A stretch of 63,975 nt of DNA, the filler included, from Craspedostauros australis (Eukaryota), in assembly GCA_030167865.1 (NCBI GenBank). It is 5 parts of 5 records of this genome, joined end to end, with 100 filler letters (N's around TTAATTAATTAA, not from the genome) between each part and the next. Parts side by side here need not be neighbours in the genome. Positions count along the whole stretch, not along the records: positions 41,281 to 62,637 come from JALAGF010003663.1; 4 more parts are not named here. The stretch is one strand, 5' to 3'. The notes under the pieces are model-generated. The model was not told the origin of the DNA, searched no databases, and saw only the letters and a program-made list of their open reading frames with translations. A program made the position numbers and the translations under genes. This document shows positions 48,301-58,937 of the stretch, in pieces; position 1 is the first letter of the stretch; each line of letters begins with the position of its first letter.

Positions 48301-48745
48301 GCAACATCTTTTATGGGTCGAGGCTCTTCTTGTGTTCGAACACGTATGCATTATACCCACGAGGAAGGATCAAAGAGCAACCATCACGTCGTCCATTGCA
48401 CACAACTGCGTCCAACAGTCCATCGGAGCGTCAAGTATTCTATTCTGGGAGCGCCGCGTCGACATACCCATGCATCATTTCCATTGGCGGCACCATCAGT
48501 AGAGTGGCATCACCATCGCAATCGACCTCATTGCACTTGGACCCACGCCTTCCTTCCGCAACAATCACAGCTCATAACCATCCCAGATAACAACATCGAA
48601 AGACATCTCATCACCAGGGCAACAACATTCCTCCGTTCTCACGAAACAACACATACACACATATACACAACAGCCACAAGGGACAGTCTTCGAAGAGAGA
48701 GCATAGCGAAAGCCACAAGCAGAGACCAAACGCGGAGCGGAGGCA

Positions 48746-50293
48746 ATGGCGACTTCGATCTTGACTGGCTTCCTGCAGCAGCTGCTAGCATCTCGCCCGG
48801 TCAGCAGCCACTTCCAAGAGCAGCAGCAATCGCAGTGCCAACCCACAGATGGCCGTCATCGCGTTGGCGCCTCCTGTGACGATGGCAACATCCGAACCTC
48901 GTTCTTCGAAACCGAACCGGCTCATGACCGCACGCATCATGACAGCCAACCAATGTTCTACGCCGCATTCGAGATCGTCACGGACCCAGCTCCGGGGCAC
49001 GAGCCACAGAGCGCGCAAGGAGCCGCCGTGATGCTGAACGGGGATGGCAACGACGCTCCCATCAAGCGCGTGAAGCGATACGACAATGCCGCATGCGATT
49101 GTGCGATGCCGAGACCACCGCAGCGATCACCATCGTTGGACCGCAAGGGCCATGCCAAAGGGTTTGGCTTCAGCAAGCCCCGCGACTGGCGCAATGCAAC
49201 GTCGAGCCGCACGTTACCGCCGCCCGCGCCAAAGATCATGGCACCGTTGGCGCTTTCCAATCGGTGGGAGGCACGGTCAGGCAAGCTGCGCAGCAATGCG
49301 AACGGAATGGATGCCGATTGCGGCGAGAGCGACGAAGACAGTTTGCTATCAATGAAACCACCACGGTTGGCGCGTCACGTGACGCCTCCGCCTCCCATGC
49401 CACTGCCTGCCAACATGGATTGCACATCCGACATCTTCGCCATGATGAAGGACATTCGATCGCGCAGCAGCATCGTGCTCGACGACGACGCCAACGAGAC
49501 ATGCGATGCTGCTGCCCTGCCCAACCAACCGACCATGGCATCCGCTGTAGCAATAGCGCTGTCAGATCTGGCGCTGTTCGGCGACATGGACGACAGCGAC
49601 GATGACGACGACGATATGTTGACATCGGCGGCCACGCCCATCGCGCAACCCAGCATCACGCAACTCAACCTGATGCAAGGAAGCCGTCGCAAACGGCAAC
49701 GGAATGTCAGCATGAACCACGGTGAAAGCGGAAGCCTCGGCGGTCTGACCAGCACCATCAAGTCTTGCAGTCCTCTCTCACCAGTGGGAGAAACGAACAG
49801 CCTCGCCAAGATGTGCAAATGGGAGCTATTCCAAACCGAGATGCATCTCGATGAAGAAAACGATGACGAAGTGGATCACAACGAACACAACGATGTCTAC
49901 TCTGGTTTCGGGAACCAGGACGGCAGCCCCAGAAGTCTGGGCTATGCACAGCATGACGCCTACGCCAGCAGCACCGAGTTCTCCGTCACCATCAACGATG
50001 ATGATGGCGGACATCACTCGCAGCGCAGCAGCAACGGCAGCAGCAATAGCAAACAGAGGCTGTTGCAGAAGCGATTGTCGCCGCCGGTGTGCCCCAAGAA
50101 GCGCATGTCGGATGAGGACTCCGCGCTTTTGCACACGACCTTGCAGGAGGCCATGTTACAGGTGCGGAAAGAATTCGCGACGACAGGAACGGATCAATGC
50201 AGCGATGATGATTTCGGTCCCGACCACAGCGATCAGGACACGGAGCAAACAGACTCGTCGTCATCGTGTCTTTTCAGTGCCATCGTGAGATAG
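48746..50293 (+). CDS. Hypothetical disordered protein
   Basis: 515-aa ORF with coding-like codon use; motifs PRPPQRSPS and PVCPKKRMS. Confidence 0.75.
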   Translation: MATSILTGFLQQLLASRPVSSHFQEQQQSQCQPTDGRHRVGASCDDGNIRTSFFETEPAHDRTHHDSQPMFYAAFEIVTDPAPGHEPQSAQGAAVMLNGDGNDAPIKRVKRYDNAACDCAMPRPPQRSPSLDRKGHAKGFGFSKPRDWRNATSSRTLPPPAPKIMAPLALSNRWEARSGKLRSNANGMDADCGESDEDSLLSMKPPRLARHVTPPPPMPLPANMDCTSDIFAMMKDIRSRSSIVLDDDANETCDAAALPNQPTMASAVAIALSDLALFGDMDDSDDDDDDMLTSAATPIAQPSITQLNLMQGSRRKRQRNVSMNHGESGSLGGLTSTIKSCSPLSPVGETNSLAKMCKWELFQTEMHLDEENDDEVDHNEHNDVYSGFGNQDGSPRSLGYAQHDAYASSTEFSVTINDDDGGHHSQRSSNGSSNSKQRLLQKRLSPPVCPKKRMSDEDSALLHTTLQEAMLQVRKEFATTGTDQCSDDDFGPDHSDQDTEQTDSSSSCLFSAIVR

Positions 50294-50784
50294 AGGAGAG
50301 TACTTGTAGGCTGTCGGTACGTTTTCTGTTTGAAGAGAAGGAGGAACACCACTACTCGTAGAAGGAGAGAGAGAGAGAGAGCTATCGAAGAGAATGCATA
50401 ATTAAAAACGTGAATCTAACCACCACTTTGTGCTGTTCCGTGCTTGCTCCCTGCTCTCTGCTATGCTTCTTGTTGTGGTGGACGCCTCGTGTTTCACTGG
50501 ATGTTCCGCCATCGTGATATTGGTCTATATTCGATGGAATAGGCTGCCCGGATGGCATCAAATTCAGCCGGAATCAAGTTTTGGATGAATTGAATCCAGC
50601 AGCTTCACCACCACAACTCAACGCAGAAGGGGACGCGGAAAAGTTCTTTTGCGGATGTGATGTGTTGTCCTCACAAAATCAACACAAGAACAAACAAAAC
50701 GCAAACCACGAGCCACAGACAACACACACGACACACACATACACACACAGATCACTTCAACCAATACCCATCTCCATAGCCAAC

Positions 50785-51321
50785 ATGACAACTACTACCA
50801 CCACCACTATCAACGATAACTTCGCAACCCTCATCAACTGCATTCATGATGCCAAATTCGCCACAAGCGCAATCCAAACGCAGATGAGCTCCCTGCAATC
50901 CACACAGAAGCACCTGAAATTCGAGATGGCGGAGATGAAGCGAGACTGCGACAAGCTCAAGGAGGAAGTGAGCTCTCTGAAGACAAAGAAGCAAGAACTT
51001 CTGGACGCCAAGCAAGCACGGGCAGCCGCAGCACAAGCCACCCAAGCACTTCCATTGACTGTGGCAGTCATGGACGACGCATCCGCTGTGCAACCAATCA
51101 GCGACGACGAAGACGGTGACAGCACAAGCGTCAGTACAAGCACCAGCACGAGTACCACCACCAGCATCCACTCTTCTACCAAGGCATCACAGGCCAAGCG
51201 CGGTTCCACCAAGACACCAGCCTTGAAGAGGTCCATTTGCAAGCGCAGACAACCAACATCACCCAAGAAATGGAGACGCATGATTCGCTCGCAGCGATTG
51301 CGATCCATCTTCTACGCTTGA
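50785..51321 (+). CDS. Small protein with a short coiled coil and a basic C-terminus
   Basis: ATG 50785 after a CA-rich leader; heptads LQSTQKHLKFEMAEMKRDCDKLKEEVSSLK. Confidence 0.65.
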   Translation: MTTTTTTTINDNFATLINCIHDAKFATSAIQTQMSSLQSTQKHLKFEMAEMKRDCDKLKEEVSSLKTKKQELLDAKQARAAAAQATQALPLTVAVMDDASAVQPISDDEDGDSTSVSTSTSTSTTTSIHSSTKASQAKRGSTKTPALKRSICKRRQPTSPKKWRRMIRSQRLRSIFYA

Positions 51322-51689
51322 AGTACGGTACATCACGCTTCCAAAGATCACGCGCATGCGCACCTGCATGGAGGACATTGTATTCAGGGCGTTGTATTCT
51401 ACTAGAATTAATCTAGCATCAAACAAATACACAACAAATATAGTGCTTTATTGTTGTTTCATATCCGTGCCTCCACACTCTCGCTTTTGTGTTGATGCCT
51501 TCCATAGAGTGTGAATCTCCGTCTAATGTTGCAATAGTGGCTATTGCTCTCTCTGGAGTATGTTTCTTTCTCGCGCTCGCGTTGCCAGCGCAATTGCCGT
51601 CGCAGACACCGCAAATGACACACTCTTCGCATACCACAATATCAATGCAACACCCCCTTGCTAGTTCATCCGTTTGCGCTGCGAGCGCT

Positions 51690-52559
51690 TCATTTGCGTT
51701 GGTCCGTCTGAATCTGCTGCAGCGCCGTCCTGATCTCATCGACGTTCAACCGCTTGCCGTATTCCTCGTACTGCACATGCCGCAGCTCCCCACTGCGATC
51801 GAAGACCAGGACCCCACCTTGCGTCCAGATGTCGCCACCGAAGAACACATTCTCGATGTTCATCTTGGTGTACCGCCTCTTCATCTTGGGTCTCCGCAGC
51901 GCGAAGTTGACGTACGAGATCTTGCGTCCGCCCAAGGCCTTGTAAGTCTTCCAATGCTGATCCTTGAAGAGGGGGTAGCGACCGAAGTACGTTTGGTAGA
52001 AGTTGAGCATCGCCGAGTCGTCCACGCCTTCACCGTGCTTCGTGACACCCACGAGCGCCACCTTCTGTCCTTCCGATCTGCGCTGCTTCGACTGCTTTCG
52101 GTTGGATCCGCCGTGGCTGCTGTTGGCGTCAAGCAGCATCTTCTGCTCGTTCGTATTGAGCTCCTCCACGAGCGTCACGAGCTGCTGGCCGTGATCGCGA
52201 CAGCTGCCGCATCCTGGTCGCCGGATGCAGAAGACGACCGTCATGGTGGCGGCCTGGATCCTGCGCTGCATCTTGATGGTGGCCTTCAGGGCATCGCGTG
52301 CCAACTTGTCCTCGCGGATGACGCCGAATCGGCAGTCGATGGGGACGAGCGGGATGCGGTACAGCCGTTCCGGTTGGATCTTCCTGCCGTACTTGTCCTG
52401 CAACCTGTACTGGACGGCCTCGACGGGTGTCTGTTTGTGCTTGCCGCCGGATACGGTGACGACGGGCGCGCATTGGCCGTCGTTGCAGTGATCTTCCTTC
52501 GACGACACGGAGCCGACTGTGGGGTCTTCCGGGCTTGGGACGTGCTCTTCGGAGGACAT
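51690..52559 (-). CDS. Peroxiredoxin-like 2 / FAM213 (AhpC-TSA_2) thioredoxin-fold protein
   Basis: FCIRRPGCGSCR (CxxC), YKALG and GDIWTQGGVLVFD. Start chosen at MSSEE; an upstream in-frame ATG at 52646 is possible. Confidence 0.85.
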   Translation of the reverse strand: MSSEEHVPSPEDPTVGSVSSKEDHCNDGQCAPVVTVSGGKHKQTPVEAVQYRLQDKYGRKIQPERLYRIPLVPIDCRFGVIREDKLARDALKATIKMQRRIQAATMTVVFCIRRPGCGSCRDHGQQLVTLVEELNTNEQKMLLDANSSHGGSNRKQSKQRRSEGQKVALVGVTKHGEGVDDSAMLNFYQTYFGRYPLFKDQHWKTYKALGGRKISYVNFALRRPKMKRRYTKMNIENVFFGGDIWTQGGVLVFDRSGELRHVQYEEYGKRLNVDEIRTALQQIQTDQRK

Positions 52560-54937
52560 GGTGATGGCCGACGATGAAGTTTTTATGTCCGTCTTGGATG
52601 GGCGCTGCTGTGAATGCCCTTGCGCCACAGTGGTTGTCAAGTGCATATTTGTTTCGTTTTTATGGGTCGTTAGTTTGTTGTTCTATTGGTTCGGTTGGAG
52701 TGTGCGTTTGCGTCTGCGTTGGCTTCCAGTGCTGTGCTGTGCTGTCTACGAGCGAGAGAGTGATGGTGCTGACTTGTATTTGTGCTTCGTGGCTGATCGT
52801 GTGGTCAGGGTTTGGAGTCAGCTGATTTTATGATGATGACGATGACGATGACAATGATGATAATGGTGGTGGTCGAGGTTTGGATGATGGAAGCGCCAAC
52901 CGCAGGCCACGCAACCTGTCCCAATCCATTCCAGGACTGGTGCGATTGGTCCGCCATGCTGGTAACGTAGGTTGTATGTGTGGTATGGTACCCTGTGGCT
53001 CGTGGGCGTGCCACGTCACTGCAGCTGCATCTTGGTCCGAAGGTCGCGAGGCAATGGCGAAATAGAGGTAACAGATGGGATGTTTTGGTGTCTTCCATGC
53101 CACTCATCCCATTACTCGTAGCTCATACCAGGGTAGTTGGGAGGAGCAGAAGTGCGAGGACTGTGAAGAAGACCGGCACTGTTATTCGTTCGCTTGTGTC
53201 TTGTCTCCGCTCTTGTCTTCAGACTTTTTCGATCACTCAGCTCGTATTCATGCTCATATATCCTCTCTTCTGCAGTATAGTATGCAGATAGTGCCTTTCT
53301 AACTCCCGGAGAGCGCCCAGGTGTGCACGGGATGGAAGCGCTTGTGGAACATAGAATAGATGTTTGCCGCCTGGGCGGGATTCTGTTCCAAGAATTGCTT
53401 TTGATGCGCCATCATAGTCGTACTCGTAGTCGTGCCAAACTGGTGTCTTGCCTTTAGTTGTGAACCAATGTCCGAAGTCGACAACAGTACGAGCACACTT
53501 TGCGCAGTGGATTCTCTTTGGGAGTATTCGTACAAGTACGTATGCGTCAGGCAAGGAGCAGTCAGAGTCCATGAACAAACAGACACGCTAATCGTGTGTT
53601 GGTTGTGGCCATCAACTGTAAAATAGAATGCCCATGGCTCGCGGAGCACCAATGAGGTCCAAGAACGGACCAGAAAGACGGAGTCAAGAAACAAGGAACG
53701 CCATTGTGAACGACTCATGAGTACAAACGAGTTATTATGCCTCGGAGAGTGAAGCTCGGACCACTTGGCGAAAGGTGATTGAGCCGTGCCAGCAGTGTCC
53801 ACCGCAGAGCAGTGCACGCAGAGATCCCAACGACCAATACGGGCAGCGGTGAAGTAAACACACAACCAGGAGCATTTTGGATCCATTCTCCTCTGTCAAG
53901 AGTTATGGAGTGCTGTGCCCTTTTATATACTCCACAAATAAATAATATAATAGAATAGTATAGTTGATTGATGATCAATCTACACGTGTTTCTATGTCTT
54001 CCGAAACATCATCATTTAGCTTCGGCGAGAGGGAAGGGAAAGGGCAACTGCAAAAGACGAATCAAGAGATGGAGAGGGGAAGAGACATTCCGAGCACAGT
54101 GTGCCTCAGATGCCTCCTTCCCTTGCACCTGTTTCTCCCCCTCATGCGCTGCCTCTGATCTTAATTGCATCATCCACCACCTGCGCACTTCGTAGATACC
54201 TGTGCGACGCATCTCGTTCCCACAACGAACACATGATGTATTGCAACGGCACAAAGTCACCACCGATAGAGGTCAAATCGCTCTCTTGGCCTAATCCCAA
54301 CTGCAGAAGTTGGTGTGGGTTGGCGCAGAACTCAAAACCATCACTCTGCGCGGATGCAGGCCAAAACAATCACCTCGACGAAAAGGAGCCACCTTATCAA
54401 CTCGTTCTATTCTTCCAGCCGTACTGATTGTCCGTGAAACAGTTCTTGTTTTGTGAATATACAATCGTCCGATAAAATAGAGCGAAGAGGATTGACGAAC
54501 GTCCGAATGTAGTATCCAACATTCTCATGTACCACGTAGTCCATCCAGTCAATCGTTCGTGCCCGCTTCGCGAGTCACTTCGTGTGATCGCAAAAAGACT
54601 GGTTTTGGCGCGCAGATAATAAATAGGGAGCAAGTAAAAGGCTTTGTCATCTTGTTGCCTTTGTGCGGGATTTGGGAAGGAGAGAAGCGGGCGACACATT
54701 TTCCACCGATCGCAACGTCCAGAAGTTTGGTTGGCAGTTTGTGGCGCGGACAATGGCCATTCGTGGAGTGTTGTTGGAGTGTCGCAGTCGATTTTTGGCA
54801 TCAAGCGTTATAGTTTGGTTGTTTGAGTTCAATCCTCCGACGTCGTGACGGAGAGAGTGACAGCGTCCCTACCGTAATACTTGTGCACTGCGTTGCGTTG
54901 ACGCTTCTTGAGTGGTTGTGTCTTTCTGTGTTGGTTC

Positions 54938-54940
<3 letters not shown>

Positions 54941-54975
<35 letters not shown>

Positions 54976-55023
54976 ATATTTTGGTTAGTTGGCCCGCGTT
55001 GTTGTTGTTGTTGTTGTTGTTGT
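54941..55023. repeat. Adjacent microsatellites, (AG)~16 and (GTT)~8
   Basis: Directly visible. Other microsatellites: (GGGCA)5 near 23235, (CA)~14 at 38805, (GA)n near 50365 and (CT)n near 63860. Confidence 0.95.
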
Positions 55024-56365
55024 TCTTGAATGTGTGGATGTTTGGACACATGGATGCATGGCATCGCTGCGTTTCCACAATAGATCGGTCACAGAGATGG
55101 CAAGGTAATGAGGATTTTACAGCCATCATTCTTGCCTTTCTCAGATGATGGATGCTGTTATGTGATGTACTGACAACGATGGTGGAGTGTCTTGAAGAAG
55201 CGTTTCTTGACTTGACCGTTGATCTCTCCTCGGTCGATTGAAAGTATCAACAAGATGGAGCGGTGCATGCGACTAGACGAAGGCCATCCACTGCAGTGTA
55301 CTATACTTCTCCGATCATGATACTATTCTGCCTCGAACGCAACTGTTCACTAGCGAGAACATAGCTTGCGGATGGGTTCTCCTTTGAGCAACGGTAACCT
55401 TTTGTCAGCTTTTCCTCTGCGCCGAATGCACAGAGAGCACAACAGTGATCACACGTACTTCCGTCAAATCCAAACAGACAGTCCTCAACGGCAACCACAC
55501 GATTTGAGTGCGACAAAATGAGATTGCTGTGCATTTGTTTTTGAAACTTCATGTGGAAGGTATCCGTTGGTGCTACGACGTCTAAACACAGCGTGCATGC
55601 TGGTGTCTTCCCTCCACCAAATATCCAAACAGCGCGCAGTGCCCGCACTGTTTAATGAGCTCTGCTCTAAATAGCTGAAATAATCATCCATCATGACACG
55701 AACAGCACATGCAACAGGTGTCGCGCGAAGAGCGCGAAATGGTGACAAGAAGACGAGACAGAGAACAAGAAGCGAGAAATCGCGCGCAGATGGTCGGCGG
55801 AGTGTTGTTGTTTGTGTGTGTGTTTCTTTGTTGTTGTGGTTGTTGTGGGCGGTTCCCACACAAACACGTGCCACAGTTCGACCCGATCTCTGCACTCTGC
55901 ACTACTGCCATCATCATCACCGCTTTGGCATCATCATCGTCATCATCGTCGTCGTAACAATCGTCACCAAAGACGACAACAATAGCAAACGATTCCCATT
56001 GCAACGGTCACCTACACCATCTTTGCGCAGCCGATCATCGTCATCATCATTTCGAAACAGATGGAGCACCAGCAACGTCCATTGACTTTCGCCAAACACA
56101 GTTGAAACCTCATTCGTCACCACAACCATCTCCACGATCACAATCACTATCACCTGAGCGGCCTTCAATCGTACCACACAAGAGACATCGATCAGATCCA
56201 ACTGGAGTGGAGCAGTTGGAGTATAACGTGATCCGACAAGCACGACACAGCATCCATCCATCGATCGACCTGTGCCTCCAATCGCAATCGTACCACACGA
56301 TACTGGAGAATCGTTTGTGTTCAAAGAAGGCGATCAAATCGGTTCGTCGTTTCTGCAGAGACAGT

Positions 56366-56417
56366 GCACCAACAGTGTAGCACCAACAGCGCAGCACCAA
56401 CAGTGTAGCACCAACAG
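56366..56417 (+). repeat. 14-bp tandem repeat GCACCAACAG(T/C)G(T/C)A x3.7
   Basis: Directly visible, about 110 bp upstream of the ATG at 56530. Confidence 0.9.
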
Positions 56418-56529
56418 AGGCCATCCCAAGGAGACCACATTGACAGTGTAGAAGCGCCAGCCAGCCACAATACCAACAGACCAAACTTCACAAAACAACA
56501 ACACAAAGCAACACAACGACGACGACATC

Positions 56530-57054
56530 ATGAGAAGACTCGGCGGCAAACGATTGCACAGACACGGATCCGTCCGCGCCTTGACAACGAAGGAGCCCGT
56601 GAGCATGAAGGAGTCATCGCCCGGCAAGCGATCATCGTCGCTGTCGTCCATCTCACGTACCAAGAAGGAAGACAAGAAGTTCTGGAAGCTGAAGTCGATC
56701 ATGGGATCGCGCGACACTGCCTCCAAACAAGAATCCATGTCGAGTGCGGTTGCATCCGACACATCGTCCGACACGGCATCGACCACATCCGAGACGCGAG
56801 ACATTCCGACGACGCCGACCTCCACAACGACGACAGACACAAGCAGCACAGCAGAGACCTCATCATTACCGACGACGACGACGACGACAACGCCGTTTCG
56901 ATATCAGAACCGAATGCTGTGTGACCTGGCGATGGAGCAGAAGATGTTCCAACCTCGGTACTTCGCCTATTCCACAGATCAGTACGACAAACTAAACAAA
57001 CTGCATGGTGCCAGAATGACGCGTCTGCTGGATGCCATCGTTCCGCGCGAATAA
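56530..57054 (+). CDS. Hypothetical Ser/Thr-rich protein with an ordered-looking C-terminal segment
   Basis: 174-aa ORF with a CA-rich leader; the C-terminus FRYQNRMLCDLAMEQKMFQPRYF looks non-random. Confidence 0.6.
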   Translation: MRRLGGKRLHRHGSVRALTTKEPVSMKESSPGKRSSSLSSISRTKKEDKKFWKLKSIMGSRDTASKQESMSSAVASDTSSDTASTTSETRDIPTTPTSTTTTDTSSTAETSSLPTTTTTTTPFRYQNRMLCDLAMEQKMFQPRYFAYSTDQYDKLNKLHGARMTRLLDAIVPRE

Positions 57055-57590
57055 TCAAGTCAACGCAAGCCAATACCAAGCCAATATCAAGTCAATATCA
57101 AGTCAATACAAAGGACGTCCACCATACGCACTCACGTTAAATCGCAGCGAACCAGCTAACCTGCCACACCACCATGCCATACGTCTACTCTGCTCGAGAG
57201 TATTCAACTGTATCGCAACACAAACACTGGCATGCGTGGCCAGTCCATGCATGAACACAATGCACATACGTGCATGCATCCATCCACACTAATCAAGACG
57301 TATGACAGTATCCGTACCACGCAATCAACAGTAACCACTGCTTTGTTTTGTACCATAATACCATACTATTCTATGATATGATGCGATCGTATTCTAACTA
57401 CCCAACTCCAATCACTCTACTCCAATTATCGTCGTGTCGTGCATTGACTTCATACCACGTGCTTCACGATAGACGCAAGAATAAAATCATGTGCATCATT
57501 CACCATCTCTTCTCCAGCAATCATAACACGACACATGATTCACTGCACATGATTCACTGCACACACTCTGCTCCCGATCACATGAATACC

Positions 57591-58490
57591 CTATTTAGCA
57601 TCGACACCTCCTTTACAATGTTGCACATGGCCTCTCCACTGCCGCGTCCAAAATGCCTCGCCGCGCCCTTGCATCGACTCGTCTTTGCGCAAGGCCACGA
57701 ACGTCGTGCCACACTTCCCGCACACCTCATCATCACTCGGCACTGTGCGCCGTGCGGCATCGTACCGGTACGGTTCCATCTCGCCTGGCACGTACGCGCA
57801 ATTCTTCGTGCAGACGTACAGATAGCATTGCGACTGCGTCTTCTTGCCATTGCCGTGCAAGATGCGGTCTTCCTCGTCGTTCGCCATGGCGATGCGCCGA
57901 ATGTCTGTGAATCCATTGTAATCACGCAACGCCCGGATCTTGCCGCGCGGCGACACGACGAGATACGTCCCATCGTCGTCACATAAATTGGCGTGCACAT
58001 GATCCAGCAGTTGCGCGACGATGGGCGAGTGCTTGTTGTCGTTGCCGCGCTGTCGCGTGCGAAACAAGAAGGTATCCAGGCATCCTTTGTCGAAGACGAC
58101 GTGCCAGCGTCGCGTGTCATCGCAGATGGCCTGATCGATCACGTTCCAAACGCGGTATTGCAATGTGTGCGACGTGCATGTCTGCGATGCATCGCGTTGC
58201 CGGCATGCCGCGATGCAGACGGGGCTCACGTCCGTGGCGCAGACGTGCACATCGCCGTTAGCTTGTCGCACGAGGTGCCGGAATAGTTCGCGCGCCATGG
58301 TGGACGTGCCGCAGCCGATTTCGAGCCAGGATCGTTGCGTGGGGACGCGGCAGATTTGGCGCAGCAAGGCTTGCGTTGGCTGCAGGATCCATTCCTTCGT
58401 GTCATTCTCGGCGTGGTACGTATCCCAGTAGTCCAACGTCGCCTGCCGTTGCTGGATTGTGGGAGTCGTCGTCGTTGTACTGTCTGTCAT
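57591..58490 (-). CDS. Class I SAM-dependent methyltransferase, EEF1AKMT4/METTL13-N-like
   Basis: DYWDTYH..EW, LEIGCGTS, TDVSP and VVFDKGCLDTF. Confidence 0.85.
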   Translation of the reverse strand: MTDSTTTTTPTIQQRQATLDYWDTYHAENDTKEWILQPTQALLRQICRVPTQRSWLEIGCGTSTMARELFRHLVRQANGDVHVCATDVSPVCIAACRQRDASQTCTSHTLQYRVWNVIDQAICDDTRRWHVVFDKGCLDTFLFRTRQRGNDNKHSPIVAQLLDHVHANLCDDDGTYLVVSPRGKIRALRDYNGFTDIRRIAMANDEEDRILHGNGKKTQSQCYLYVCTKNCAYVPGEMEPYRYDAARRTVPSDDEVCGKCGTTFVALRKDESMQGRGEAFWTRQWRGHVQHCKGGVDAK

Positions 58491-58937
58491 GGTGTCTTGC
58501 CCAATGTCTTGCCCAATGTCTTGCTGTTGCGTTGTGTACCCGTGCGTGCATGGAGCATGAGCACTACATGTGTTCCTCTTGTGATGTCGATCATCGCAGA
58601 TTTGTGACCTCGTCTGGCTTCACCAACATGGAACGAAGTGAACAGTGGTGATTTCTCGTGTGTAGCGGATAGATGGACAGGCGGACCGGCGAAGTCCGGG
58701 TGACCGATTTGGTGGGAAATCGAGGCAGGTCATTTCGTCTCCGCCGATCATCGTCCGCCTGGTGCCGATCCAGTCTACGTATGTTGCCGCCACAGTGTGA
58801 GCCAAGTCTCATTTTTCCATCATCGGCCAGCGTCCAACGAAGACCACGAGCTACTCTCCCGTACAAACAGAAATAGTAGTTCGCGAGGGTAGTGCCTCGT
58901 CGGTACGAGGACGAGCTACTCGTACAACTCGTCTCAC

